Below are positions 25,501-40,500 of a stretch of DNA of 64,000 bases, piece by piece; the stretch's first letter is position 1; each line of letters starts with the position of its first letter. This stretch comes from Bispira polyomma (Eukaryota): contig OZ287753.1 in NCBI GenBank assembly GCA_965649765.1, positions 19,220,001-19,284,000 of the forward strand, written 5' to 3'. The translations under genes and the position numbers were made by a program. Below the pieces are notes generated by a model. It had not been told where the DNA came from, ran no database searches, and saw only the letters and a list, made by a program, of their open reading frames with translations.

Positions 25501-28500
25501 TGTATATGTCGCACTAGACACGATGATTCTAAACAATCTCTGATCTCCCCCGGGAAAACTGTGATCAGAGTTGGATCTAGGAGAATATGAATTGTCCCAG
25601 GACAAACTCTGATTCTATTTGATTGAATTTTGTACCACTTTCCAGTCTATTAGTTGTGTTCAAAACTTTTGACAGCACTTGTATCTCACCAAAATGTGTA
25701 TTTATATTAACTAATATTTCTATTTCAAAACATTGAAAGCTTGAATTAGCATTTTCATGTGTAAAGCATCTTAATTGCGATGTTAAAAACGTTTAGACCG
25801 AAAATTGAATTGGCTGGATTTTGGTACGTTAACTATAAAAATTTTGAATTAGTTTCAAATCAAATGAGACTTTTTGACAAAATTGCACCATAAGCAATGA
25901 TTATGACAGACTACCATTGTCCCAGGAGGTCCATCAGGCACCAACCACTATTATATATATCTACAATTGTAAAAAACAGCAGTCATTAGAAAGAAAAGAA
26001 GAAAGCCTATAATTCAGTATCTTGTACATGGGTATGTTTAAGTTTTATAACTGTAGTCCAAAAAACAATCCAAACAGCAATGATCTGTATAAATATCACC
26101 ACACAGTTCTGATAATCTTACTAAAAGACTTGTTTTTATATACCATTCATTATCTTTGTGCTGCTCTAGAGCAATCAATTTCTAGAAATACTTTCTCCAA
26201 ACTGTTTTTGTGTCATAAGGTATTGTAATGCTGAATTATAGGCTTATTATACCACAAATATATGTCTGAACCAGGATTTATCACCAGTTGACATATTAAA
26301 ACTCCTTATTCAGAAGACAGAAGTTTGGATCAATGGCAATTCTGCTGTATGTGAAACATGACTTTTCTGTAAGGACAAAAAGAATACATTACTTTAAATA
26401 AACACATATTACGAAGATGTCAAGGTCACTTTTATCACAGTTTGATATTCCTACACCAATATGAACACCACAGGGATAAAAGTTTATATCATTGGGCTAT
26501 AATGATTTTAAAGATACAAATTGTGCTGAGGATTAAACCAATTAAATACAGTAGAACATCTGATCTGAATATTCCAATGTATACATGTGCTCTCTTCCTC
26601 CTAAATTTTACAGATTACATATTACAGAAAAACCTCTATTTACTGAGTTTCTATTATCCGAATATTGAATTTGATGAACACCTTATTGGTCTCACTAATT
26701 CACATTTTCATGTTACTAAAAGACCTCTTTTATTTGCTAAACCTTCTACCTTTTTTATCCGAACAAAAATCTTTAGATAAAAGAGACGCTACTGAAATAT
26801 TGTTGTAAACTCCTTCTTTCAAACTATCAATATTATCCAAAACTAAATACTTCTCCCTCTTGGTGTTCAGTTAATAGAGGTTCTGCTGTGTATTATTGTT
26901 TGATTTCATAAACATTGTACTTCCAAATCTATCATTATTATTCAAACTAAATGCTTTTTTTCCCACGGTGTTCGACTGTTCATATAATGGATATTCCTCA
27001 ATCCCAGTCTATCCTAAAGTGACCTTGACATCCTCTCGTACATCACTACTGTATATTGCCCACGCTAACTCCCAGCTGACTTACTTTTTACGACATGTCC
27101 AAGCTGTCACACAGATGACCACTATTAGTACAGCTAAAACAACAGCCACAGCAATCACACCAATCAGGATAGTTTTATCTACACGGCTCTCACTAACCTC
27201 CACCACTGCAGGCTAGAAGTATGTGATATGGTAGTATAGATATATTAGTTAAACAGTCCAATTGAACATTTTTATTTTTAGAGAGAGAAAAAGTATGGCA
27301 GATTAAACATTACTCGGACTCACCTCGTCCACCGCATGGTGTAATTAGGTGACATGGTAGTATAGAAATATATAGGCAAATCATGTACTATAAACATTAT
27401 TCTCACTCCACCGTGGGCTGAAATAGTGAGCTGATATATACAGTTTCATATCTTGCAAGTGCAATATCTTCCTAAAACCAAAAATTGTTAAGCAAAAATA
27501 AAAAATTGAGGGGTTAATAATCCAGACAGATGTGACTATGGGCAGGAGAGGCATTAAGTAGGGAAGGTTGATACAAATAGAGGACTTTTAAGGTGCTTTC
27601 TGAAGTAGGTAACAATTGGACTAGATCTAGTCTTAGAGGACATTTTGTAGGGCAGGTTAATGCAAATTGGTGACTTTTATAAGGAGGTTTCTGAAGTAGG
27701 TAACAGAGGGGCTGTAATATAAGAGGGAAAAGAATTCCAAAAAGAGGCAGCATAGTAGCTTAAACCACTTGGTGAAGCATTTATAAGACTTCTTGATGCT
27801 TCTATCAAACTTTGGAACCTTGGAATAGCCTCAAAACTAGTCTTTAGATACATGTTGTCCACTTAAAATCAAATACATATGTAATACTATAAATATTTTT
27901 AGGATTACACCAATTACTTCTGACATTAAACAAAAATAGAGTGAAGTGGCCCATGGGGGCCACATCAGCCAATGACTATCTTGGATTAATTTGTTAATAC
28001 TTTTTCAACAATTAGATTAAATTTATCATTTTATAACATCCTTTGATGTGAAAAAATACTGTTACAGTGTAACATAAAAACGTAATTAGCTGATATAATA
28101 CCATGATAATTAATTCATACATACCAAAACTTCCATCACATTGTATTTCTTGAACAAATCTTCGAGGTAGATGTAGTTTTTGTCTATCAGACTAGAAATA
28201 ACAAATATTTACTTGTTTATTTGTAGTGTACACTTTAGATTTCAGACACTTTAGAAATTAATTTTTTTAATTAAGACATTAAACCTGTATGTTAAAACTT
28301 ATTTTTTTTTAACATTTCACACATACAATGTTAAGTTTTTCCAATTCATTGTTGATTCTAGGATTTTTATACTTTTACTACAGGCACTTAGTAAAACTCT
28401 GTTGACAATAACTAGGTTACTAAAAGTGTGTTGAAATTACTAGCTATAAGTGTTAGGACTCTGTTGATAATATCTGGTATTTACTGAAAGTATTTTGACA

Positions 28501-31500
28501 CCACCCGGTACCTACTAAATGACTATTGACAAACTAAAGTCTGTTGAAAATACTTTCTAAGCTCTAAGAATCTGTTGCAATATCTGCCACTTATTAAATA
28601 TCTGTTGACAGTATTCAATACTTACTTAATACCTATTGACAGAACCTGGTATTCACTCAACCTCTGTTGATAAACCTGGTACTTACTCAAAGTCTGTGGA
28701 CACAATACATGGTACTTACTCAATTAAGACATCTGCAGGTACCACTTCTCCTGTCTTGTTATCTATACCATGAATAAACATGTCTGTCCTGAAGAGACAG
28801 AAAAGAGAAATACAACAAAAGTGCACACTTACTTAATAATTGGCAGTTTCTGGATGGTTTAACTAACAATAAGGTCAATGTTGTTAATTAAGTAGCATTG
28901 CCAGCTAACAGGGTAGATTTTAAAGAAAATGCGTTTTTAGACAATAGATTTTCCTCCACATAAAAAGAAAATTTAGGTAACAGAGTTCTACTTATTAAGG
29001 TTGGACTGTATATTTCATTTTACTGTTTTTTTAAAAAAAAAGAATTTTAAATAAACATGTATACCTCCTGGCATCCGGCTGGCCATTCTCATCTTTGTGT
29101 GGTAAAATCTCATCTACATTTATAATCAGCCCTGTCACATTGGTCAGAAACTCGGCAAAATGGTCTCGAAATTCATGGACGTCATCTGGTTCTCCCCGTA
29201 TAATGACCTTCACCCTCTGGTTCTCATTGAGAAAGTAAATCTGAAACAATATACACCAAAAACAATGTATTTTTCAAACATCTGAAATTTTTCTAAAACG
29301 GTTTGCAACTTTATCTGAATATGAAATATGAAACAAATTAACAAGTGAAAGTAGGGAGTTGCATTTATTATAGAGAGGATGTTATAATTTATGGTTAAAT
29401 TAAAATCTCAAATATATCGATCACCTAAATTACTGGTCCTTACCCTGAACTCTGATATGTACTGATATCTTACATACCATTCTTGTCTACAAAGACACAT
29501 AAATTACCTAGAAATCTAAGACATATTCATAGTATATCACTTAATCTCAAATTTATACATACAATAGGTGAACTACTGAGTGCTATTGGAACAACTGGGA
29601 TGAAAAATACAATTTACACAAAAAAATAATAAGGAATTGACCTCTAGACCAGAAGCTTTTAATTTTTTTCTTAATCTCCAAATAACTTTTGAGCTTTAGT
29701 ATACTCACAGAGACATCCGCAGTGTCTTCGTGTAGTGGGTTAATGTCAGTAACCTTGACCTTAAATTCAATATGTCCATCCATGTCATTGGCAAAATACA
29801 CGTGTGTCTTCACAATACCAGTGTTTTGGTCCACCAGAAATGGATCATCTTTAAACCTGTCCCTCAGGCCAGACGTGTACACAAAACCATCCTTCGCATA
29901 GTAAGAGAGCTTGCTATTGTTTCCTATGTCTGGATCTGTGGCATACAGCTGGAAATATTGTCAAAACAAATAATTGTAAGAAAAATAGAGTTATATCTGT
30001 GGTATAAGCTTCATACACCAGAAATTTTATCCCCACAAATAACAATAAGACAGATAGAGTTGATAAATGTTTGGGTTTGTGGAATACACCTGTTAAATTG
30101 TCCCCAAAAATACCAATCAGATAAAGTTAGATAGAGTAATACAGGATTATAAAACAGAACCTGGGGTTGTATTCACAAAAGGTCTTAGTCTTAACTTCGT
30201 CATAAGCTTTAGTTTTTAGTCTTTGATTTTTGCCGAAAAAGGTTAATATTTTGGTCTTAGTCATAGTTACAGTAAGAAAGTATCTTTGCTTAGTGTTATA
30301 TTTGCTCTTAACACTAAGACTAACATTAGTCTTCAATATTTTATACATAAATGTTACGCTTAAAACTAAGTTAAGACTACGAGCTTTTGTGAATATGGCC
30401 CCAGAATTTTAGATCTATACAATGAAATGTGTAGAAGATAAAGGTTTTTTATTTTAAAATCTACCATGTTAAGTGGAAGTCCTACTTATGTAGACATTTA
30501 GAAGTATTCTTGAGACCAAGCTATGTACCAGGGGCTGTATTCACAAAGGTTCTTATTCTTGGAATTGCAGTTATTCTTAAAATTTTCTTAGAATTTTTCT
30601 TGGACTAAGAAAATTCTAAGAAAAATTCTAAGAATAACAATTTTCAAATTTGTTTTATTCCTATTCTTAGATCTTTTGAAGAAAAATTTGAATGACTATA
30701 TACTATAACAATGGTACAAAAATTGGCAACTTTGTGGGTACTAATTCTTTGAAAAATATCTAAGAATAAAAAACACTAAGACAGATTAATACTGGTGGTC
30801 CTCTGTCATTGGGTCCTATGCCCAGTGGCAAGTTAAAGAATCTTGGGGATGTTTAAAAATGGTGTCATCCACAACTGTTTCATGTTCGGGGAATAATAGT
30901 TGCTAGCTGGTGCTTAATTTTTTGCTACACTTGTAAAAGGTTAATTAACCCTTCAAATACCAGCTACAGGAAGATAAATGTGCTTACATGGATTTGTTTG
31001 AATATATAACTACTTACAGAGAGGTCAATGACCTCTGTACCAGGCTGGGTGTCCTTAGTAACCCCTGCTGTAAACCACTTCTTTAAGAACTTAGGTGGGT
31101 TGTCATTGATGTCTAATATCTCCACTTGGACTAGGAGCAGTGAGGTGTCACTCTCATTCCACGATTCGTCCATGTTTTCTTCCTTCTCCCAGTAGCCTGA
31201 AGTTATATTTATTCTAGATATAAGCTACAATCTAGTCATGCAATGTTATAAAAGAATGTATTACACTTCCCGATAATTGCAATACAAAGCATTCTTTTAT
31301 AACATTGCACAACTGTGAAAAGCTTATCTCAATTCTAACATGACTGCAGCATTAATTTTAATAATTAAAATCATATCACTACACATATTAATTTTATATG
31401 CCAATCGGAGTGCTGTATAATTATCTTAAATATAATGTCATCATGTTAGAATAAGATTTATTTTAATGTTGTTTTCAACAATTATTTGTTATATATCATG

Positions 31501-34500
31501 TTATATTACAGGTCCACACTAACAGGAATACACCCACATTATTTTGCTTTGTTACTGTCAATACCTGATGAGCAGATATTAACCTATAACCGTCAGGTGT
31601 CACTCTACATATAACACTCATGTTACACTGTTTTGTAGCAGGTTCTACTACTGTAAACCCCCATTATCCAAATATTTGAATTTAAGAACACACATTCACT
31701 CAAATTTACATTTTGGTATTGTTTTATACTGAAATGATGTACTTCCAACATGGTCAGATAATAGAGGTTATACTGTATTCACTAATTACCTGAGGAGCAG
31801 TCGTGTGTGGCTTTGACCAGTATTTCCACCTCATCTATCACCTCTCTGTCTATACTCACTCCCAGCCACAAATCCCCACTTGTCTTGTCCATGTAAAACC
31901 GAGACTTGTACACAACATCTCCACCTGAGAGCAAATACAGCAAGGAATGCAGATATTAACTCATGACCAGTCACCGTAATCACAAACATTCTTTGAATGT
32001 AACTCTTAAAAATTTTTTCAGTTTCCACCAATCATATTCTTTGACACAATATTTTCACCCAATCAAATTGTTGCAGCAATAAGTTAAAAATAAGAATATT
32101 CACAAATATTCTTAGAATGTGGTTCATAGAATTTTCTCAGTCTCAGAAAATCAGATTTACTGAAACAATATTTGTATAAATGTATAATAGCAAATAACTG
32201 AGTTATTTCATACAGCCTCACTTAATATCCTCTATAAAATAACAGATACACTTACCCACTATGTAATAACAGATCACAGAGTTATTTCATAAACTTACCC
32301 ACTATGTAATAACAGATCACTGAGTTATTTCATACACTTACCCACTATGTAAAAACAGACACTTACCCACTATGTAATAACAGATCATTGAGTTATTTCA
32401 TACACTTACCCACTATGTAATAACAGATCACTGAGTTATTTCCCACATCTGGGTCTTCAGCCAATGACAGGTTGGCCACATACACGTTACTGTGTTCTTC
32501 CAGTACACTGGTCCGGTAAGGAGGTGGATATTTCTCACGATCAAAGGCCGGTGGGTGGTCATTTTCATCCAGAGCGGTCACTGTGAAGGATGTTGTGTCA
32601 TCCATTTGTGGAGTTCCAAGGTCATAGGCTCGAACTTGGAGCTAAATTCATTGAAGATATATGTTTGACACATTCAGACAAGGAAAACAGATATTGTAGC
32701 TGTTTGAAATAAATATAACTATAAACATAATCAGTTACAGCCTATATTTTATTCCTTATTATATTTAGCAAATGCATCATATTTTTGCAACTGCAAATTT
32801 TAGATTGTAATATATCTGGAATTTCACTATATTTTCACTGTATCTTTTCCCCACATTAATACAATGTACCATTTTTCGCTCAGTTAATACACTTGCATTG
32901 CAATGGACCTGCGTTTTCCTCAGTCAATATACTCACATTCTAATACACATGTATTTCCTCAGTCAATACACTACATAGAAATACACCTGTTTTTGCCTCA
33001 GTTAAAACACTTGCATTGCAATAGACATATTTTACCTAAGTTAATATACTCACATTCTAATACACCTGTTTTTTCCTGAGTTAATATACTTACATTGTAA
33101 TGCACCTGTTTTTGCCTCAGTTAAAACACTTACATTGTAATACACCTGTTTTTGCCTCAGTTAATACACTTACATTGTAATACACCTGTTTTTTCCTCAG
33201 TTAATACAGTTAAATTGAAATAGACCTGTTTTTCCCTCAGTTAATATATTACCATTCTAATACACCTGTTTTTGCCTCAATAAATACACTCACATTCTAA
33301 TACACCTGTTTTTCCCTGAGTTAATAAACTCAGATTCTAATACACCTGTTTCTGCCTCAGTTAATACACTCACATTGTAATACACCTGTTTTTCCCTGTC
33401 TATATCTTCCGCCACTGTGATCACCCCCGTCTGTCGGTCAATACTAAAGTAGCGGTGATCACTAGAGCCTGCTATGACAAACTCAAACTCCACCACCCCA
33501 TTCAGACCAGTGTCGCCATCTGTGGCCTCCACCTGAACTACCACGTGACCTACTTCTTCATGCTGAAAATAAACATAGTAATTAGAGAATAAGTCATCTA
33601 ATATTTTTAACATACAGTAAAATCTCTATTATGCAAACATTATATGAAAGATTTTGTTGAAATATTAGTAGAAGGTTCATAATTTTTAGAGGCATTTCTA
33701 CATAAAACAATAGGAAAACATACATTTTGGGAGAGTGAAAATGAGTTGATAAAATGTAATATTTTGAGTATAGAAGTTTGGATAATAGAGAAATATATAT
33801 AATATAATATTGGAAATTTGTTTGGATAACAAGAATTCATAAAACAAGGGTATACAATGTAGTATAAAACAATATACAGGGCATATCATTTTTGAAGAGC
33901 ACAAACAGGTTTATTAAATTAAATACTAAGACAAAAACAGTTAACTTAACAAATATTGTACAGGTCTTTATTATACAGACTGTCGTAATATCCCCCCTAA
34001 CAAGGTCTAATCCTACTTTACATGTCACACCCCAAGTCTGGGTTTTCCACTTTCTCAACCAATTATTCAATCTTAGATGCCTAATGTGGCAGTCATACTG
34101 TCCAAGTTCTTCCCACGTTTATACCAGTTTACTCCTGATCATATTTATACCATTTTACTCCTGAGAACTTCACTGGTCGGGAGAGAACGGCGGGAAAATG
34201 TTCATTTGCATATATTTGCATCCCCAGTTTATGCCCCATTTAGCCCCGTTTATGCCTAGGATATGCTAAGTTTATGACAAATTTATGCCCAGACCTGACC
34301 AGATCTAAGCAGTCCATCACACGAAATGAGTTCATCAAATTGAATATTCAGGCGACATAAGCTTGGAGAATAGAGTGTTCTATATTATGTATACCTCTTT
34401 GACAGTGATGACATCGCTGTCCGTCGGGTAGGTAATCAGTGGTGGGTGATCATTGACGTCTTCTATAAACACATACACTGTGGTGGTATTGTAGAGTGGA

Positions 34501-37500
34501 GGCTGGCCCTGATCTGTGGCTCTCACTACAATGTAGTACCAACCAATGTTCCCCTTGAGTGGACTTTTAATGAACACCTGGCCACTGATTGGATGAATAT
34601 CAAACAGGTCCGTGCCATTCCCAGGCGCCAGATCAATACTGTAGACAATCTCTGCATTCAAACCTTCGTCTTGGTCAGAGGCACTCACTGGAAGTAGATA
34701 ATTGAAAGTACTAGCTGATTTATCTTCAATTAGGCCAATATTTATCAAAAAGCATTGATTTTAATAAGGCTTACAGTGGGAAACTTCAATAGGTAGTCAG
34801 ATTTAATTTATACATGTATTTACGTGGTACACAAAGATACAGTTGTGAGTTAAGATTTAAAAAATTTGATTCACACCGACCCTGCAGCCATACATACATA
34901 CATGTACATGTTGATTAAAGGAGTGTAACAGTGCTGGATGTCCATTTAGTTGATCGCAAAATTATTTTGGAATAAAATTTTATTTCGAATATGTGACATA
35001 AAACAGCAGATACATGTACATGACTTTTTTGTGTAAACCTCCATGTCCATTATTATGAAACCCTCAGTTAGTTGAGTTATACATCAATTACAACCCTTAA
35101 TTCGTCACATGATAATTGCTATACTTGACACATACTGTATAACAATCCATATATTTAAAGCTCTATTGTTAAAAATATGCAATATTTTGCACTCCGTTTC
35201 ACTGACTACATTTTAATTGAATAATTGATCATCATAAATTAATTATATTTAAGGCACATATAATTGCATACCTTTGATCACTGGATCATTGACATCCATA
35301 TTCTCTTTAATTTCTGCCTGGTAGGATGGTTCTTCAAACTGAGGTGCGTTGTCATTTACATCCCTCAGGTGCACGCGCATATTTCGGGTGTTTATCCTTT
35401 GCTCGTTCTCTGGGGCATAGTTGTTGTCTCTGGCATCAATGAAGAGGTTGTAGATGGCAATCTGCTCTCTGTCTAAAGCATCTGTAGTTGTCATCTCACC
35501 CTGAGGGAAAAGACGCATGTTACATACCAGCATATTAACCAATACAACAGCATGAGGCCTTCAAAACTATGGCAGAATAAATGGTTCTTGTACAGAGTTT
35601 TGAATTATAAGTCATTCCTTAAGTCCTATTGCAGTTGTTGTGTTAGGAGGGATAGGCCTGCTCTCACTTCAGCCAGGGTGGTTTTTATGTGGAGGTTGTC
35701 AACTCGGTCACAATTGTAGGAGGAGTTAAATATTAGCTATTTTGGCCAATATTTAACTTATACAATATAGGAATAGCTGCAGAATTAAATCTATGTTTAA
35801 GAAGTGAGAAATCTCCCTACATTGATTCTAGAAACAGGTATTTCTAGTTGTCCCTCGGTTTTTGATTGTTGACTAGTGAGATACATGACCCTTGTTACCG
35901 GTGGTTGTCTATTGTAAAAAATTAATGACATATTGCTTCTCAGTAGTCCCTTTATTTTCTGTGTCAAAGTTTAAAGAATGATTTTAAGTGTAAAGAAAAT
36001 TGTATAGTCTCAACCATTTTAAGTGGCTGAATATATTGTTTCAACCAATCTACTTGGCTGAGACTAAGAAAATTGTAAGAATCTTATTCTAAAACTGTTT
36101 ATAAAGTTTATTAATCAAAGCCATTCAGATTCTCCGAAAGAATATTTTCAGCCAATCAAATTACTTGATGTTTGTAAATATCAAGGCTACCTCAGTTGTT
36201 AAAACAAGAGCCTTACTGTTTGGTTGTCCATATGGAAGTGGTTGTAATGTCCCTGAGTGACGAAGTACATAACACGACCAAACTCCCCACTGTCTCTGTC
36301 TGTGGCATACACGCTGGTCACACTGGTACCTAAAGATGATGACATATTTGGCATGCAAATACGCTATTGAAAACTATCAATAGCTCCTGTATAAATACCA
36401 TATAGAGTGGAATCTGTACCAGTGACCACTCTCAAAGAGACCATTCGTAAATGTTTGATAAGCAAATACTCTGTTAAATACTATATATAATAAACATTTT
36501 TTATCAAAGCCTCTGACTTTCTATAATTCTCTGTACAGGTGGAAAACGGCAAAAGGATTTTACAATATTATCACGTTGTAACCTGTGAATATATTTTAAA
36601 CAGCAATTTTTAAATAACAATAAAATCAACCCCAAAGCTACAGTGGCCTTGAGATTGTACTCTTGGACAAGGTACTTTACATTGCCCCTCTAAACCCAGG
36701 TGTATAAATGGGTACCTGCGCCGTATTTAGCAGCATGGTTAGTATGCTCCCTGAGGGAGCCGAGAGTGAACCAATTGGTTGACAAGTGGAAGAACCCAGG
36801 CTGGGGTGTAAACTGAGAAGTCGATAATACCTCATTGGGGTCATATCAGACGATCAACCTACATTTTTAAGCAATAGAAAACATGTTGGTAGACATGTGG
36901 TATATGCCCCTACCTATAGTATCATTCTCCCAGATGTACACATTCTCCTCAAACACTTGCCATTCTGGACTGTTGTCATTGACATCAATCACCTGTATGG
37001 TAACAATCGCTGTTGATGACAATACTGGTTCCCCTCCGTCTATTGCCATGACAGTGATATTAATCAGCTGGTAATCCTCATGATCCACAGACTCGCGTAG
37101 TGTCACGATGCCTGTTTTCTGGGTGATGTTGAAAAATTCACTCTCTGGCTTGTCTTCAATAAGATAGTATCTGAAATATATAAATAGTATTATTATTGTT
37201 TAACATAGAAATAAATATACAACAGTATTTTCTAGTTATGGCCAACTTCTACTTTTACATAATTAAAACTAGTATTTTTTACTGTGAATTAATTTAAGCT
37301 ATTTTTGCTAATGAGCTTGAATCGTTGTACAAATTAACTTGCAAGCGAAAAATTGAAGTTGTTCCATAATGTTTTTGAGTTTAAAAAGGCCAGTAGTGAA
37401 AATATATTGAAAAGGTGACCTTCATTTCCAGCAAAAATGCTAACAACTCAAATATATTATGGTTTATGGTTAAATGTACAGCTTACAGCTTGCATCAACT

Positions 37501-40500
37501 CATCCATTTCACATTATGGTTATATTTCTATGAATATAATCCTTTAGGAGAGGTAAACATACATGTATATTTTTAATTCTATTCATAAAATTTTTATACA
37601 GAGGTTTATATGTATAATATACATCGACAAATTTGCCTTTTTGGCTTTCCTCCGACAACGAACTGCCCACCTCAATATAACATGCAGTTGTTACAATTGC
37701 ATTTCTGCATTTTAATGTCCCTTATTGATGTGAGGCATCTTCTTATGCGCAACAATAGAAACCAATTAACTGATAGAGAAGTACAAAAACATAGCCAAGG
37801 TTGTAAGGAAGGATGTAAGAGTATGTAGGGAGAGAACTAAGAAGGGTGAATGACTTTGACGAGATAGGTTTTAAGTTTTTAAAAGCAATGACATTAAACA
37901 CAAACTTAGTCTAAACCAGTATATACAGAGTATTTGGCAGTTCATATTTGTTCTGTCCCTAGCATCCTCACATAAAGGTATACATAATACAGCAGAACCT
38001 CTATTTTCCAAACTTCTATTATCCGCATATTCAATTCTACTTGCCTATTGTTTCATATTAAAATGCCTATTCTATTTTATGAACATTCTATTATCTGAAC
38101 AAAATCTTGCCATCCCAAAGTGTTTGGATAATAGAGGTTCTACTGTATATACATGTATTTGTATTGAATAAATCCTTACAGAATGGTGCATATGTATTTT
38201 ATCTCCATACCTGACAGGCTGTACGTTGAGGTCTCTGTCTATGGCTGTGACCTGTTTGATCTCTACACCAGGACTTGACCCCTCAGACACAGTAGCTGTG
38301 TAGTGGTCAGTAGGCATCCACTCAGGAGGGTTGTCATTGACATCACGTAGTGTAATAGACAGGGTGGCTGTGTGTAGACAGGTACATGAATGACATGAGT
38401 TTATATAAAGACAGGTAAATACAGGGTTAGTAGGCATCCACTCAGGAGGGTTGTCATTGACATCACGCAGTGTAATAGACAGGGTGGCTGTGTGTGGACA
38501 GGTATGTAAATAAGATGAGTTTACACAAAGTAACAAAAACCTCAGACACATATATAGAGGTAAACTGGACCTTGACAGGATGATCACCCATAAAGGATGA
38601 TTACCCCCAAAGATGACCATTTAAAAGTTTTTTAACTGCATTAAAAATGCCTTTACTTAGTCTTTATTTATTTATTTTATTTCAGGAAAATGGTTTAAAA
38701 TAGAAAACAATATTGAGTAATGTAAATATTTACATCCCCCCCCCCCTCCCACCATAGGGCATTAAGAGATATTTATATGACTCACCTGTAGCATTCTGCA
38801 CTGCAGGCTCCTCAGCATTTAAATCCTCCACAAAGATCTCTACCACAATCAGCTCCACCGTCTCCCTGTCCAACTCATTCTTCACGTACAGTGTCCCATT
38901 GTCACCATGGATACCAAACAGATCCCTCAAGTAGGCCTTGTCTGGATGTTCCTTCTTGTCCTCATCTTCTCCATACACCAGATCATCCAGTAATCTGTAC
39001 CTGAGGAATATGAAAGAAAAGTTTGGTGTTGTGAGAGTGTGCAAAATATCATCTACAACTGTGGCCTAGTGACTTATAGAAAAAGGTTAAATAAAAAGAT
39101 TTTACTTAATGAGTCAGTAACAAATGATTATTCTGAATGAAAGTGTGGCGTTAACTCTGTAACTGTGTAAAATATCATCTCCATAAAAACAGTTATCACA
39201 TTTTTTAACAAGAAGGAAACTTAGCAGAGAGTATACCTCTACCTATGAGCCAAAGTGCTGTAGTGGCAACACAATTTTACAAAATTCCTGAATACCTGGA
39301 CCCATCTAAAATGTAATGGATTTGTCTTGGTGTATGTCCCATCCCTCCACCAAAATGTCAATTATTGTATTATATTATGGATTTTTAACGCACCTTATTG
39401 ATGCGATGAATCTTCTAAAGTGCAACTACAGAATCAGTTAACCAATACAGAAATCCAAAATATAACTAAGGTCATCAGGAAGGATGTGGGGGTGTACAAG
39501 GAGGGAATTAAGGGGGCCAGGGTAGGCGAGCTTGAAGAGATAGGTTTTTAGCTTTTTCCTAAAACCAGAAAGTGTTTTAAGTGATCTAAGCTAACTGTAG
39601 ATAATTGAATAGTTTTACTCGTGTAATCCCGGTGATCACAAACAAACCGCTGATATTCTACCTGAGTAGGTGGTTGACATCCAGATCTGTGGTACTGTAG
39701 GTGAAGAAGTTGGTGCCCACTGTAGTGTTCTCCATGATCCTGGTCGTGTCCTCTAAGGGATCAAACTCAGGAAGCTTATTGTTAACATCTGTGATATTAA
39801 CGTGCACAACCGTCTCACCTAAAAGTAGTACAAGCAACATGGGCTAGTGATACACTCTAAATTAAGGCTTTATTAACGTAAACACATAAACAAGCCGGGA
39901 ATAAAGCATGATATTTTTACGAGAGTCATTTCTAGTCTGTATAACAACTGTAAGGACTTCAAAAGTACACTTTAGTAAGGTTTTTAACCATTTTTATATG
40001 TACAAACAATTTAAAAGGGTAATACTATGCTACAAAACTGTAAAAACACCCATATAACAATCCTTGTGTTGTGACGTCACACAATTTGAAAATCTATGTA
40101 GAACGTCATATTTGTAAACAAATCTCAGAGAGAGCCCTTTCTATTGTGACATAATACGATTATTGATCCAGCATATATCAAACATTATATATGCTATAAA
40201 ACTGTAGAAAACATGTTTTTTATTTTGAATGAATTACATTTTTAAATAGGTTTCCCTATTTTATATACACAAAGAATACAAAACATCTTTCTATTTAGAA
40301 AAGTGTAACTTAAATGTTTTTCTATAATTTTCAGTGTTTTTGTACCTTTTTGGAAAAACGAATTCATTCAAAATAATGCTGATGTTTTCCTGTTTCTATT
40401 CATGTACATTACTTCAGTATTGATCCCTTCTTGATATATGAATTGTGTCACGTTTGTGAAGCATGTACTTTGAAAATATTACCCATTTTAGTTAAAATTT

